A stretch of DNA of 64,000 nt, from contig OY782781.1 in assembly GCA_963678315.1 (NCBI GenBank), positions 1,536,001 to 1,600,000 on the forward strand, read 5' to 3'. Shown in pieces: positions 1-8,313 of the stretch. The position numbers were made by a program, and so were the translations under genes. The notes under the pieces were generated by a model. That model saw nothing but the letters and a program-made list of their open reading frames with translations. It was not told the origin of the DNA and did no database searches. The DNA comes from Candidatus Cloacimonadales bacterium. Its GTDB lineage: Bacteria; Cloacimonadota; Cloacimonadia; Cloacimonadales; JAFGVF01. Position 1 is the stretch's first letter. The number at the start of each line of letters is the position of its first letter.

Positions 1-1419
1 CCAGATTACTGGTACAATACCTATAACATCCCAATCCCTAAATCAGGTGCTAAACTTGTAACCACTGGGAACGCTCGGCTGCTAGCCGGCTCTTCAATTC
101 CTCTCACTGGGAACGCTGGCATCCTTGCCGGCTCTTCAAACACTTTACCAGGAGGCACGTCAAATGACGTTCCCTTTCTACCTTCAGGAATAGTATTTTC
201 TCAAAGCTATCTCAACAAAAGCAACAAAAAAGTCGCAAAAATAAACGAGAAATATCTCTCTAAACTGGACACCTTAGACAAAGCTAAAGATGCTTCTTTT
301 CCAGGTGATCTATATTATTACTTCGGGAATGAGCTTTCCAAGCTGCTTCTAGCATCTTACTCCCAACAAAAAGTTCAGACCTATCGCAAAACCTCCAACA
401 GAGAAGGCCTAGCCCCTGTGCTGGCATCAGATTCTTTCGATATTGACTGGAATCTCACAGACGTCAAAGCTCTCCATGCTTTCAGACAACAGGCCTTCCA
501 AGTAGCTGGAGTTAATTGTGAAAACCTTAGACAGATGATAAAAGACCAAGCAGAAAAAGCCATTACTGAAGGTATTACATTTGCTGAATTTAGAGAAAAC
601 CTCAAGCTGAATGGATTCGAAGCGGATAATCCTTATCATCTCAAGACCAACTTCGAAACAGCCATCAATGGTGCTAAATCTGCAGCCAAATGGCAAGACA
701 TCCAGGAGTTAGAAGACATCTTTCCATATCTCAGGTATTTAACTATGAATGACGATGCTGTGCGAGAAGAACACAAAGCTTGGCATGGCTTAGTCTTACC
801 AGTAAATGATCTCTTCTGGAATGAAAGCTATCCACCTAATGGTTACGGTTGTAGATGTGATGTTGAACAAATCACAGAGGATGAAGCCAAAGAATCAAAG
901 CGTTTCGGAGATAAACCAGATCCAGAAACTAAAACCGATAATCACTTCAAAGGCAATCCAGGTAAAGACAATTCAATCTGGGGAAACTGGCTGAAAGAGC
1001 AGTCTTTAAAATCAACCGATCCTAGCGAGCTAAAGCTCAAAGACTGGTCAACCGTCAAAGGAACTAAAAAAGAGCCTGAAAAGCTTGTTTTTGCTAAAAC
1101 AGACGAGGCTAAAGACTATTTCAACGATAACATTGCTGGCTTAAATATAGATGTATGCAAATACCCTACTAATATCCCTGATTCACTCTTCAATAATATC
1201 AAAAGCAAACATCAAGATAAAATGTCTTTCATCAAACCAACTCTTGAGTCTCCTACAGAAGTCTGGACTGACTCCAACAACCACACCAACTACCTCAAGA
1301 AATACCCTTCAGGAACTTCTAAAATTGTTGTTAACATTGCAGGTGATGTTATAGAATTTGATATACCAGGAGAGAGTAAAATTGATATACTAAGAAAAGG
1401 GGATTGTGTGAAGAAGTAA
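1..1419 (+). CDS. Portal (gp29/DUF935-like C-terminus)-MuF (gp30/SPP1 gp7) head morphogenesis ORF with C-terminal PBECR2-like nuclease-fold domain; 5'-truncated by window
   Basis: Frame +1 is open from base 1 (PDYWYNTYNIPIPK..., gp29 C-term-like) into the 418 ORF; MuF motifs YLRYLTMNDDAVREEH..WHG and YPPNGYGCRC; C-terminal TLESPTEVW..YLKKY..LRKG. Confidence 0.8.
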   Translation, partial: PDYWYNTYNIPIPKSGAKLVTTGNARLLAGSSIPLTGNAGILAGSSNTLPGGTSNDVPFLPSGIVFSQSYLNKSNKKVAKINEKYLSKLDTLDKAKDASFPGDLYYYFGNELSKLLLASYSQQKVQTYRKTSNREGLAPVLASDSFDIDWNLTDVKALHAFRQQAFQVAGVNCENLRQMIKDQAEKAITEGITFAEFRENLKLNGFEADNPYHLKTNFETAINGAKSAAKWQDIQELEDIFPYLRYLTMNDDAVREEHKAWHGLVLPVNDLFWNESYPPNGYGCRCDVEQITEDEAKESKRFGDKPDPETKTDNHFKGNPGKDNSIWGNWLKEQSLKSTDPSELKLKDWSTVKGTKKEPEKLVFAKTDEAKDYFNDNIAGLNIDVCKYPTNIPDSLFNNIKSKHQDKMSFIKPTLESPTEVWTDSNNHTNYLKKYPSGTSKIVVNIAGDVIEFDIPGESKIDILRKGDCVKK

Positions 1420-1422
1420 AAA

Positions 1423-1449
1423 AAGAGAGAAGATTTGCTTCTCTCTTAT
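1423..1449. terminator. Probable bidirectional intrinsic terminator
   Basis: aagagagaag-attt-gcttctctctt hairpin with A-run, between convergent genes. Confidence 0.6.
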
Positions 1450-1453
1450 CTAC

Positions 1454-2272
1454 TTATTTTCTACTAGATAATTTATGATAAAGTTCTAATATATCATTAA
1501 TTATAGCTATGTTTTTTTGATTACAATTTTTGGTTTTATTGATAATGTCAAAGAATTTTAATTGATAGTCAGTTTCCTGAATTGATTCAATATCACTGAT
1601 ATTTTTCATTGTCAACATTCCTTTTAAAGACTCTTTAATACCAATTAACTCTGATTTATAGTATCTACTCGAGTTCTCCTTATTTAATTTAACGCTTGTT
1701 TCAAGTGAATTTACCCACATTACCAGAGCAACTAGATAGTCTTTTTTTGTTTCAAAACTTAAACCTAAAGTTGAATATATCATATTAATTTCTATAAGTG
1801 TTTTATCATCATGCAGTTTTCTTAATTTATTAGCAGTCTCAAAATCCTTTGTTAATTTAGATATCTCCTCATCAGTTGTATCTTTTATCTCTTTAGGTAA
1901 CTTCCAGCCAACATACCAAGTGATAAACACAGTTAGAAAAACCCCAAAAATAGTAACAAACAAAGTATAAAACATATTAGTCTTTGCCAATTCATTAGAG
2001 AATATTGCTCTTTGTTCATCTAAATCATACTGTTTTAGAAGTAACAAATCAAGTTTAGCTCTTAGGGTATCATTCTCAGCAATTAGCACATCTACTTTTT
2101 CTCTAGTGCAGTAATCATCATAATTAATGTCTCTACTTTCTGTTACAGCAACATTTGTGTAATACTCATTTTCAGGATAAAATGTTCTTTTCCCAAGCAG
2201 AAAGAGCCCTACAATTATTAGCAATAGCACAACTAATGATAGCCCCCCAATCCAACTAGTAAGATTCTTCAC
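1454..2272 (-). CDS. Moron membrane protein (N-terminal TM, coiled coil, second TM, helical C-domain)
   Basis: 272 aa ORF, GTG start with GGAGG RBS, two hydrophobic segments; similar to 2495..3433 around the second TM. Confidence 0.75.
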   Translation of the reverse strand: MKNLTSWIGGLSLVVLLLIIVGLFLLGKRTFYPENEYYTNVAVTESRDINYDDYCTREKVDVLIAENDTLRAKLDLLLLKQYDLDEQRAIFSNELAKTNMFYTLFVTIFGVFLTVFITWYVGWKLPKEIKDTTDEEISKLTKDFETANKLRKLHDDKTLIEINMIYSTLGLSFETKKDYLVALVMWVNSLETSVKLNKENSSRYYKSELIGIKESLKGMLTMKNISDIESIQETDYQLKFFDIINKTKNCNQKNIAIINDILELYHKLSSRK

Positions 2273-2364
2273 ATATACCTCCTCAAATATTATGCTTCAT
2301 TAACATCATTGATATTTATATTGTCAATGCATTTTATATATCATTCCCTGAATAACATTAAAAA

Positions 2365-2433
2365 ATAGAATTTAATATAGCAATGAAATAGTATATGTGA
2401 TACACTAAGAAAAGGGGATTGTTTTAAAAGTAA
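2365..2433 (+). repeat. Degenerate second copy of the MuF gene 3' end (1351-1419)
   Basis: atagaattt(g/a)atata..ca ... gata(t/c)actaagaaaaggggattg...aagtaa shared. Confidence 0.8.
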
Positions 2434-2494
2434 TTTACTGGGAGTCAGTGCTGGTATCAATAAAGGGAGATGTGTGCTTTTCCCTTTTTATAAG

Positions 2495-3433
2495 TTAATC
2501 CCCAATTAGTCTTTGGATAATTCCTTTCTTCTTTTTCTTCTGTTTAATATGTTCATCTAATTCAACACTTCTTAGTTTCATATCTATTTGATCCCATAGT
2601 TTGATATTATTAGTTACAAGCTCTTTAAAACTATCTAATCCTTCGATTGTAGAAGACTTAATGTGATAGAGAAGATTTTTATAGTATGCTACTTCGTATT
2701 TATTTATTTCTAGTTCAATATTCCTACTCGTTAATAAGTCATCAGTTAAGTTTTCTATTCTTTTAATTAGACTCATCAAATTACTTTTTTCGTAATCAGA
2801 TATTTCTATATCTGTAAGATAACTAACCAAGGATGATAATTGAGAAATCACAATCAGCAACTCTGTTTTTTTTGACCCATATTTGTCAGTCATTTCATAA
2901 TAAAATTCATCAAAATGTTCATAGAAACTTGCTAACTGTAGCCATATAGTTTTTACTTCTTTTTGGTACATATCTCCTAAATCATCGATTTTAATTTGAA
3001 AATCATTTTTTGTGTTCACTATTTGCTTTATTGTGAATTTCTTAATCTCTTCGTTATGTTTGTTTACTTCATCTTTCATTTTATCTGGTAGTCTTAAACC
3101 AATAAACCATGTAAAAAAAATAGTTAGTACTGCTGATAAAACACCTGTTATCCACCAGAAAACAGACAAATATCTATCAAAATCATCTTTCAAATCATCA
3201 TATTCAATCTTATATAAATCCCTTTCAGTAGAAGATAGTACCTTTTGGGATTCAAGATATTTAATTCTTTTATCCTGCTGCTTAATGATAGATTGTAACT
3301 TATTTATTTCTTCAATATTACAAGCTTCAAGCTGCTTAAATCGCTCTTCAATATAAGTAATCTGTTTATCCGGTTCTAAGCCAAACAAACCACTAAACAC
3401 TAATATGAGAAAAACAACTATTTTAATTTTCAT
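2495..3433 (-). CDS. Moron membrane protein (signal/TM, coiled coil, TM, helical domain)
   Basis: ORF 2495..3463; ATG at 3433 with GAGG RBS; TM WWITGVLSAVLTIFFTWFIGLRLP. Confidence 0.75.
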   Translation of the reverse strand: MKIKIVVFLILVFSGLFGLEPDKQITYIEERFKQLEACNIEEINKLQSIIKQQDKRIKYLESQKVLSSTERDLYKIEYDDLKDDFDRYLSVFWWITGVLSAVLTIFFTWFIGLRLPDKMKDEVNKHNEEIKKFTIKQIVNTKNDFQIKIDDLGDMYQKEVKTIWLQLASFYEHFDEFYYEMTDKYGSKKTELLIVISQLSSLVSYLTDIEISDYEKSNLMSLIKRIENLTDDLLTSRNIELEINKYEVAYYKNLLYHIKSSTIEGLDSFKELVTNNIKLWDQIDMKLRSVELDEHIKQKKKKKGIIQRLIGD

Positions 3434-3558
3434 AAATAACCTCTTTAAATCTTTTCTAATCAAAATTTATCAAAATGAAAGATAGCAAAAATCAAACAAG
3501 ATCTTTGGATCCCTTTTCACATGTTTAAAAAAATGTTAAAGGCATAAACACCTTTAAT

Positions 3559-4464
3559 CTATAATCTGTTCAATGTCATAGAATCAAAACCGTTTATTAA
3601 TTTTTCTCTTAATCTAATTAGTTTTTCTTTATGTTCTTGTGTTAATATACCTTCTCCCTCAGAAAGTATGAATTTAATTTTCTCATTTAATTCTAACAAT
3701 TCTAAAGTTGTAGCATCAAAATCTTTAGTCATTTCAAAATATATACCATCTATTAAGATCATAAAGTCATTTAGAATCTCACTAACCTCAGGATATATTT
3801 GAACAATATTTATAATAGGACGGTAGCTGTTTATTAGCAATTTAAGAGAATGTTTGAATCTTCGATTATTTAATTCGTTTTTTATTAGTGTAAAATTGCT
3901 GTGCATAATAAGTTGAGTTTGATAAAGTATGGTTTTTTTATTTTGATCTGATTTCTTATCAAAATTTTCATTCAATAGATTTTTATAGCTTTCAACTAAT
4001 TCATTTGATCTCCTTTCAATTTTCTTGTGTTCTCTTGTAACATAATATAACAATATTGTAATAACTATAGCAAAAATTCCTACTATCCAACTTAGTAAAT
4101 TAGACCACAATGTTCTATACTCAATAAATCTAAAATGCAAATTGTTTAAGTTACAGTGTAAAGAATCTAATTTAGAAATTGTATCTATTTGTTTATTTAA
4201 CTTAGAGTTATTTTTGTGATAAAGACTATCAAGTTCGACAACATAATTTAGTAGTATTTCATCTAGATTGTTTACTAATATTGAGTCTGTTTCAGAAGAG
4301 TTGATAAAAATTCTTTGAGACCTTAGATCATTTATTCCTTCTTTCAAAATATTTTGCTCAGAAGTTTTTGAAAAAGTATTGAAAAAAACAATAAACATCA
4401 GAGTAATATAGACTATGTTTGTAATCGTTTCAATAACAGATAATTTAGATGACTTAGGCTTCAT
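3559..4464 (-). CDS. Moron membrane protein with two TM segments
   Basis: ORF with hydrophobic N-terminal segment and WIVGIFAIVITILLYYV; overlaps the stop of the upstream ORF. Confidence 0.7.
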   Translation of the reverse strand: MKPKSSKLSVIETITNIVYITLMFIVFFNTFSKTSEQNILKEGINDLRSQRIFINSSETDSILVNNLDEILLNYVVELDSLYHKNNSKLNKQIDTISKLDSLHCNLNNLHFRFIEYRTLWSNLLSWIVGIFAIVITILLYYVTREHKKIERRSNELVESYKNLLNENFDKKSDQNKKTILYQTQLIMHSNFTLIKNELNNRRFKHSLKLLINSYRPIINIVQIYPEVSEILNDFMILIDGIYFEMTKDFDATTLELLELNEKIKFILSEGEGILTQEHKEKLIRLREKLINGFDSMTLNRL

Positions 4465-5047
4465 ATATTTCCCTTGCAAACTGTAAATATTTTACTAATT
4501 TAATGATTTCTTTTAGTGTTACAGAATATGATAACTGTCCATAAATCTTTCTTTTCAATACTTCATAAATAATAGACATTTTTGATGATTTATATGAAAT
4601 ATAGTAAGCTACATATATTTCTTCAGAGCAGTTTTTAGAAATTACTATATACATTCCTATCATTGTCTTAGCAAGTTCTTCAGATAGGATTCCCTTTCGA
4701 GTTAGCCTTTTGATATATTTGGAGATATATACTATTTCTGTATAAAAATTTTTATACTCACGATAAGCCTTCTTATTTAAAACTCTTTCTAGAAATGCTA
4801 TAGCAATAGAATATTGATGAAAATCTTTGGTGTTAATGGCTGACACCCTAAAATCTGCAATGTAATCCTTAATTTTTGACTCTTGTGTTTTAATACTATC
4901 TGAAAAAAATTCTTTTCTATAAAACCTTTTTTGTTTATAATAAATCCATATTTTAACAAAAGATACTATTAAGAATAAAACATATACAATTATCATTACT
5001 TCTAATGACAAAGATTGTTTTAATGCTTCTACATATTTCTCTAACAT
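4454..5047 (-). CDS. Hypothetical protein with N-terminal TM helix
   Basis: 197 aa ORF, AAGGA RBS, TM VMIIVYVLFLIVSFVKIWIYY. Confidence 0.65.
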   Translation of the reverse strand: MLEKYVEALKQSLSLEVMIIVYVLFLIVSFVKIWIYYKQKRFYRKEFFSDSIKTQESKIKDYIADFRVSAINTKDFHQYSIAIAFLERVLNKKAYREYKNFYTEIVYISKYIKRLTRKGILSEELAKTMIGMYIVISKNCSEEIYVAYYISYKSSKMSIIYEVLKRKIYGQLSYSVTLKEIIKLVKYLQFAREIYEA

Positions 5048-5139
5048 CTATTATCCTTATCTGAAAATCACATATTATTTATTTTTATCTTTTTCTTGAT
5101 ACAAGTATTAATTTATGTCAAGTTTTCTTCTCTTCTTGT

Positions 5140-5329
5140 ATTTCATAGTCAGAGATTAAATCTTCTCGTGATTATCATCCCCTTAGTTTAGTTCCATTCA
5201 CCTACGACCTGCATTGCTACCTTTAATTTTCTTCTTTAAAATATCATACAAGTAGCTACTTACTTTTGACATATCACTGTTTTCAATATTAAAAGCTCTC
5301 AACTTAACTTGTTTATATTTTTTAGATAT
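5140..5329 (-). pseudogene. Decayed 5' fragment of a former moron gene
   Basis: AAGGAG RBS, then ATA where ATG is expected, reading (I)SKKYKQVKLRAFNIENSDMSK...NAGRR*MELN*GDDNHE with in-frame stops. Confidence 0.45.
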
Positions 5330-5445
5330 CTTTTCTCCTTTTCCCCTTGTTTATATTATAAATATTTATATCAAATTTTGTTGGTCAAGCTTTTTTTATT
5401 ATCTCGTGCTTACCATGGTCCCATTCTCAATAATCAATTATGCAC

Positions 5446-5658
5446 TTATCCGTGGCTTCCTCTTATCTCCTAATTAAATAAGCCACAAACATCCTCTTAA
5501 CAATCGGATGCTTTAGTCTCTGGGCATAAGCCTCATTCTTAAATATCTTCAACTGATTAAAGAAGGCAATCCAATCTTCTTCAGTGTAGTTTTCCAGGAT
5601 CTCTTTCTCTTTAGCTTTAAATTCTTCATTTTTCTTTATCTCTTCAGGAGACAGCTCT
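5446..5658 (-). repeat. ~200 bp diverged duplicate of the 3' end of the 6298..6945 gene
   Basis: ELSPEEIKKNEEFKAKEKE...MFVAYLIRR near-identical in ORFs 5463..5693 and 6298..6945; about 8 substitutions in the coding part. Confidence 0.92.
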
Positions 5659-5839
5659 ATTTCATTAAATAGTTTGTGTGATGATTCTCTCAAAGTTGTC
5701 TGATATTACATTCTTGTAAATAATCTAATTAATTGCATTGTGAAATGGTTGAAAAAAAACTAGACATCCTTTTATGTATACTTTCTTATGTATTTAACTA
5801 ATATAATCTTATATTAAATCTAAGAAAGGAGGTAAGCTC

Positions 5840-5995
5840 ATGGATAAGTGGGAAATCTACAAAGATAACAAGAATGAGTGGCGTTGGAGAAGAACTTCTT
5901 CTAATGGTCGTATCGTTGGTGCATCGTCTCAAGGTTATACAAATAAATCAGATTGTATCAGCAATGCTCAAAGACATGGATATACAGGCAACTAA
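5840..5995 (+). CDS. YegP/DUF1508-family small protein (51 aa; absent from ORF track)
   Basis: AAGGAGG RBS; MDKWEIYKDNKNEWRWRRTSSNGRIVGASSQGYTNKSDCISNAQRHGYTGN* fits the DUF1508 pattern. Confidence 0.85.
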   Translation: MDKWEIYKDNKNEWRWRRTSSNGRIVGASSQGYTNKSDCISNAQRHGYTGN

Positions 5996-6023
5996 TAGTT
6001 AGCTACCTGTATAAGTGATTAAC

Positions 6024-6063
6024 GCTCCAGTTTTATGTGACATCCAAAACTGGAGCTTTTTTA
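6024..6063 (+). terminator. Intrinsic terminator after DUF1508 gene
   Basis: gctccagtttt-N11-aaaactggagc followed by T-run. Confidence 0.75.
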
Positions 6064-6117
6064 TTATTTGATAAATGTCAAACAACTGTCAATTATTTTT
6101 TTTCTTATCCTCAATCC

Positions 6118-6151
6118 CCTCTTGCATAAAATCATCAATTAATGCAGGAGG
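6118..6151. repeat. Dispersed palindromic REP-like element (copy in prophage)
   Basis: cctcttgcat...atgcaggagg; related copies at 24126-24173 and 45400-45434. Confidence 0.7.
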
Positions 6152-6167
6152 TTATTCAGCATCCCCT

Positions 6168-6309
6168 TTCGTGTTCTTAGTGTTTTTCGTGGTTCAATTC
6201 TTATTGGTGAAGATTCGTGCCATTTGTGGCTATCCTTTCTTCTTCGTGTAATTAGTGCAATTCGTGGATAGTCTCTTTTTATCTGCCTTTATCCGTGCTA
6301 TCCGTGGCT
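6168..6309. repeat. Block A of 9-bp-period (WTYGTG)x3-GG repeat units
   Basis: Four ~27-31 bp units spaced ~36-39 bp; 6198-6309 closely matches 7005-7119. Confidence 0.85.
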
Positions 6310-6945
6310 TTCTTCCTCTCTCCTAATTAAATAAGCTACAAACATCCTTTTAACAATCGGATGGTTTAGCCTCTGAGCATAAGCCTCATTCTTAAATATC
6401 TTCAGCTGATTAAAGAAGGCAATCCAATCTTCTTCAGTGTAGTTTTCTAGGATCTCTTTCTCTTTAGCTTTAAATTCTTCATTCTTCTTTATCTCTTCAG
6501 GAGACAGCTCTGGCTCTTTATAAGATGTATATCTCTGCTTCTCTTTACGTTTTCTGCTATTATATTCCTGCAAATACCCCTCAAATTTAGTCCCAAACAG
6601 AGTTTTAGGCCTAAGATACCTATGTTGATCTGTTGTCAGCCACTGAGCCGATTTTACATCAATAACCTGTTTAAATTCATCAACATTAAATCCATCATTA
6701 AGTCTGGCTCTGATGAGTGCTTTCGTATCGGAGGTGGAAGCTCTATATTCTTTACCGGTTACATGGTTCAAGTAGCCAATTATCTCAAGACATTTACTCT
6801 CAAAATCCTCTTTCGGACTCACCTTCTGTGCTTTTCCATACTTCTTTAACAACCTAAGCAAGAACTGCCTTTGCTTTTGCTCTAGCAGTTCTTTACCTAT
6901 CAAGTCTTTAGCTTCTAAATAAAGCTCTCTATTATCTTTCTTCAT
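6298..6945 (-). CDS. Conserved phage C-terminal domain (Phg_2220_C) protein, replication-organiser-like
   Basis: IIGYLNHVTGKEYR..IRARLNDGF..FKQVIDVK..W..YLRPKTLFGTKFEGYLQE. Confidence 0.85.
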   Translation of the reverse strand: MKKDNRELYLEAKDLIGKELLEQKQRQFLLRLLKKYGKAQKVSPKEDFESKCLEIIGYLNHVTGKEYRASTSDTKALIRARLNDGFNVDEFKQVIDVKSAQWLTTDQHRYLRPKTLFGTKFEGYLQEYNSRKRKEKQRYTSYKEPELSPEEIKKNEEFKAKEKEILENYTEEDWIAFFNQLKIFKNEAYAQRLNHPIVKRMFVAYLIRREEESHG

Positions 6946-6960
6946 TCTCCATTATGCCTT

Positions 6961-7119
6961 TATCCGTGTTTATCTGTGCTATCCTTAGCTCTTTTTCTGC
7001 ATTCTTCTTATTAGTGTAGATTCGTGCCATTTGTGGCTATCCTTCCTTCTTCTTGGTGTAATTTGTGTAATTCGTGGATAGTCTCTTCTTATCTGCCTTT
7101 ATCCGTGCTATCTGTGGCT
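6961..7119. repeat. Block B of 9-bp-period repeat units
   Basis: Four units; direct repeat of block A, first unit matches 8315-8344. Confidence 0.85.
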
Positions 7120-7131
7120 AAATCGTCACAA

Positions 7132-7518
7132 CTAAGAAACGCTTTCATAGTAAATAGCTCTTACATGCCAGTAATTCAACAAATACTTCTCGGCTACAAT
7201 GTTTATAGCACATTTAACACTATATCCTGAACCTCTTAGTTTTCTTATTTCTTTCTTGATATACTTATTGCGTTGCAATAGCCTATTCTTACTAGCTCCA
7301 AAATTCTCAACTCTCACTCCCAACTGCTTTATCTTACGATTAGGATAAATCTTATTATGAACAGTAATCCAAGCATTCGACATCTTAACCAAAGATCTTA
7401 ACAACTTCCTATTCTCGATTTGCTCTTCTAAGAAGGCTTTTCGTAAGGCACAATCAGCTTTAATAGTATAATTACACTTTGATGCTATCTTACATTTATT
7501 CTTTAATATACAATCCAT
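7132..7518 (-). CDS. Mor/C-like transcription activator (putative)
   Basis: C-terminal RNKYIKKE..GYSV...VAEKYLLNYWHVRAIY resembles the Mor-family HTH; position at end of early operon. Confidence 0.55.
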   Translation of the reverse strand: MDCILKNKCKIASKCNYTIKADCALRKAFLEEQIENRKLLRSLVKMSNAWITVHNKIYPNRKIKQLGVRVENFGASKNRLLQRNKYIKKEIRKLRGSGYSVKCAINIVAEKYLLNYWHVRAIYYESVS

Positions 7519-7592
7519 TTTTCCTCACTAATTCCCCTCCCCAGGAGGAGTGCCATCCTAAGATGGCAGGGTGTGTCATTAACTCCTAACTC

Positions 7593-8213
7593 CTAAAGGC
7601 TTGCATAATTTACGTTAATCTTCTTCCAATCGATATATACTTTCACACCTTTGCCACGGTCTTCAGATATCTCTTCACGCTTATATACTTCGGTATAGGC
7701 TCTTTTATCTATCACTTTCATATTAGAAGTTATCAGATGAACTCCTTTTTGATATTCCTGGTCCTCAAAATCATAAGAACACAGTTTTTGTAGTTGTGAT
7801 TTTGATATTGAACCAGAAGATTTTACACTAAGAACATCTTTGAGAATAGTCTTGATTTTTCTGTTTAGATTAGGTTGAAGGTTTTCAACCCAATTAGCTA
7901 TCATTTGAATACCAGAAGAAACATTAGTATCAATTGCTACAATCTCAGCAAAACGTGTTTCAACTTTGATTTGCTCATCAAAGCTATAATCACTTGCAAA
8001 ACCATTCCAAACTTTAAGTCCTGATGCTTTAGCTTTACTATTCAAATAATTCTCAGTCAGCTTTCTCTCTTTAGCTTTTGCCTTCTCCATTTGTTCAGAG
8101 ATAGACTCTCTAATAGCCATTATTTCAGTTACATAATCATGTGCTTCTAATACTTCTTTCTTCAATAAATCTGCTCTAATCTTACCATCTTTCCCATTTA
8201 AATATCTTGCCAT
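7593..8213 (-). CDS. DUF3164-family Mu-like prophage protein
   Basis: MARYLNGKDG.., GFASDYSFDEQIKVE, KRAYTEVYKR...INVNYASL; GGAGG RBS before ATG 8213. Confidence 0.75.
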   Translation of the reverse strand: MARYLNGKDGKIRADLLKKEVLEAHDYVTEIMAIRESISEQMEKAKAKERKLTENYLNSKAKASGLKVWNGFASDYSFDEQIKVETRFAEIVAIDTNVSSGIQMIANWVENLQPNLNRKIKTILKDVLSVKSSGSISKSQLQKLCSYDFEDQEYQKGVHLITSNMKVIDKRAYTEVYKREEISEDRGKGVKVYIDWKKINVNYASL

Positions 8214-8313
8214 TTTATATTGCCTCCATTTCTTATTTTGGGTTGCATTCACCGTGTCCGGCAACTGCCTGATCTTGAATGCGATTCTTCTTAAAATTCT
8301 TCATTATCTTCCT

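Noticed and set aside
5463..5693. Independent 76 aa gene
   Set aside because: Almost entirely the duplicated 3' end of 6298..6945, with a TTG start and no evident RBS
5446..6511. Diversity-generating retroelement TR/VR pair
   Set aside because: Differences are not adenine-specific in either direction, are mostly synonymous, and no reverse transcriptase is in the window
6168..7119. CRISPR array
   Set aside because: Units are degenerate, spacers are only ~10 bp and are themselves duplicated; no cas genes
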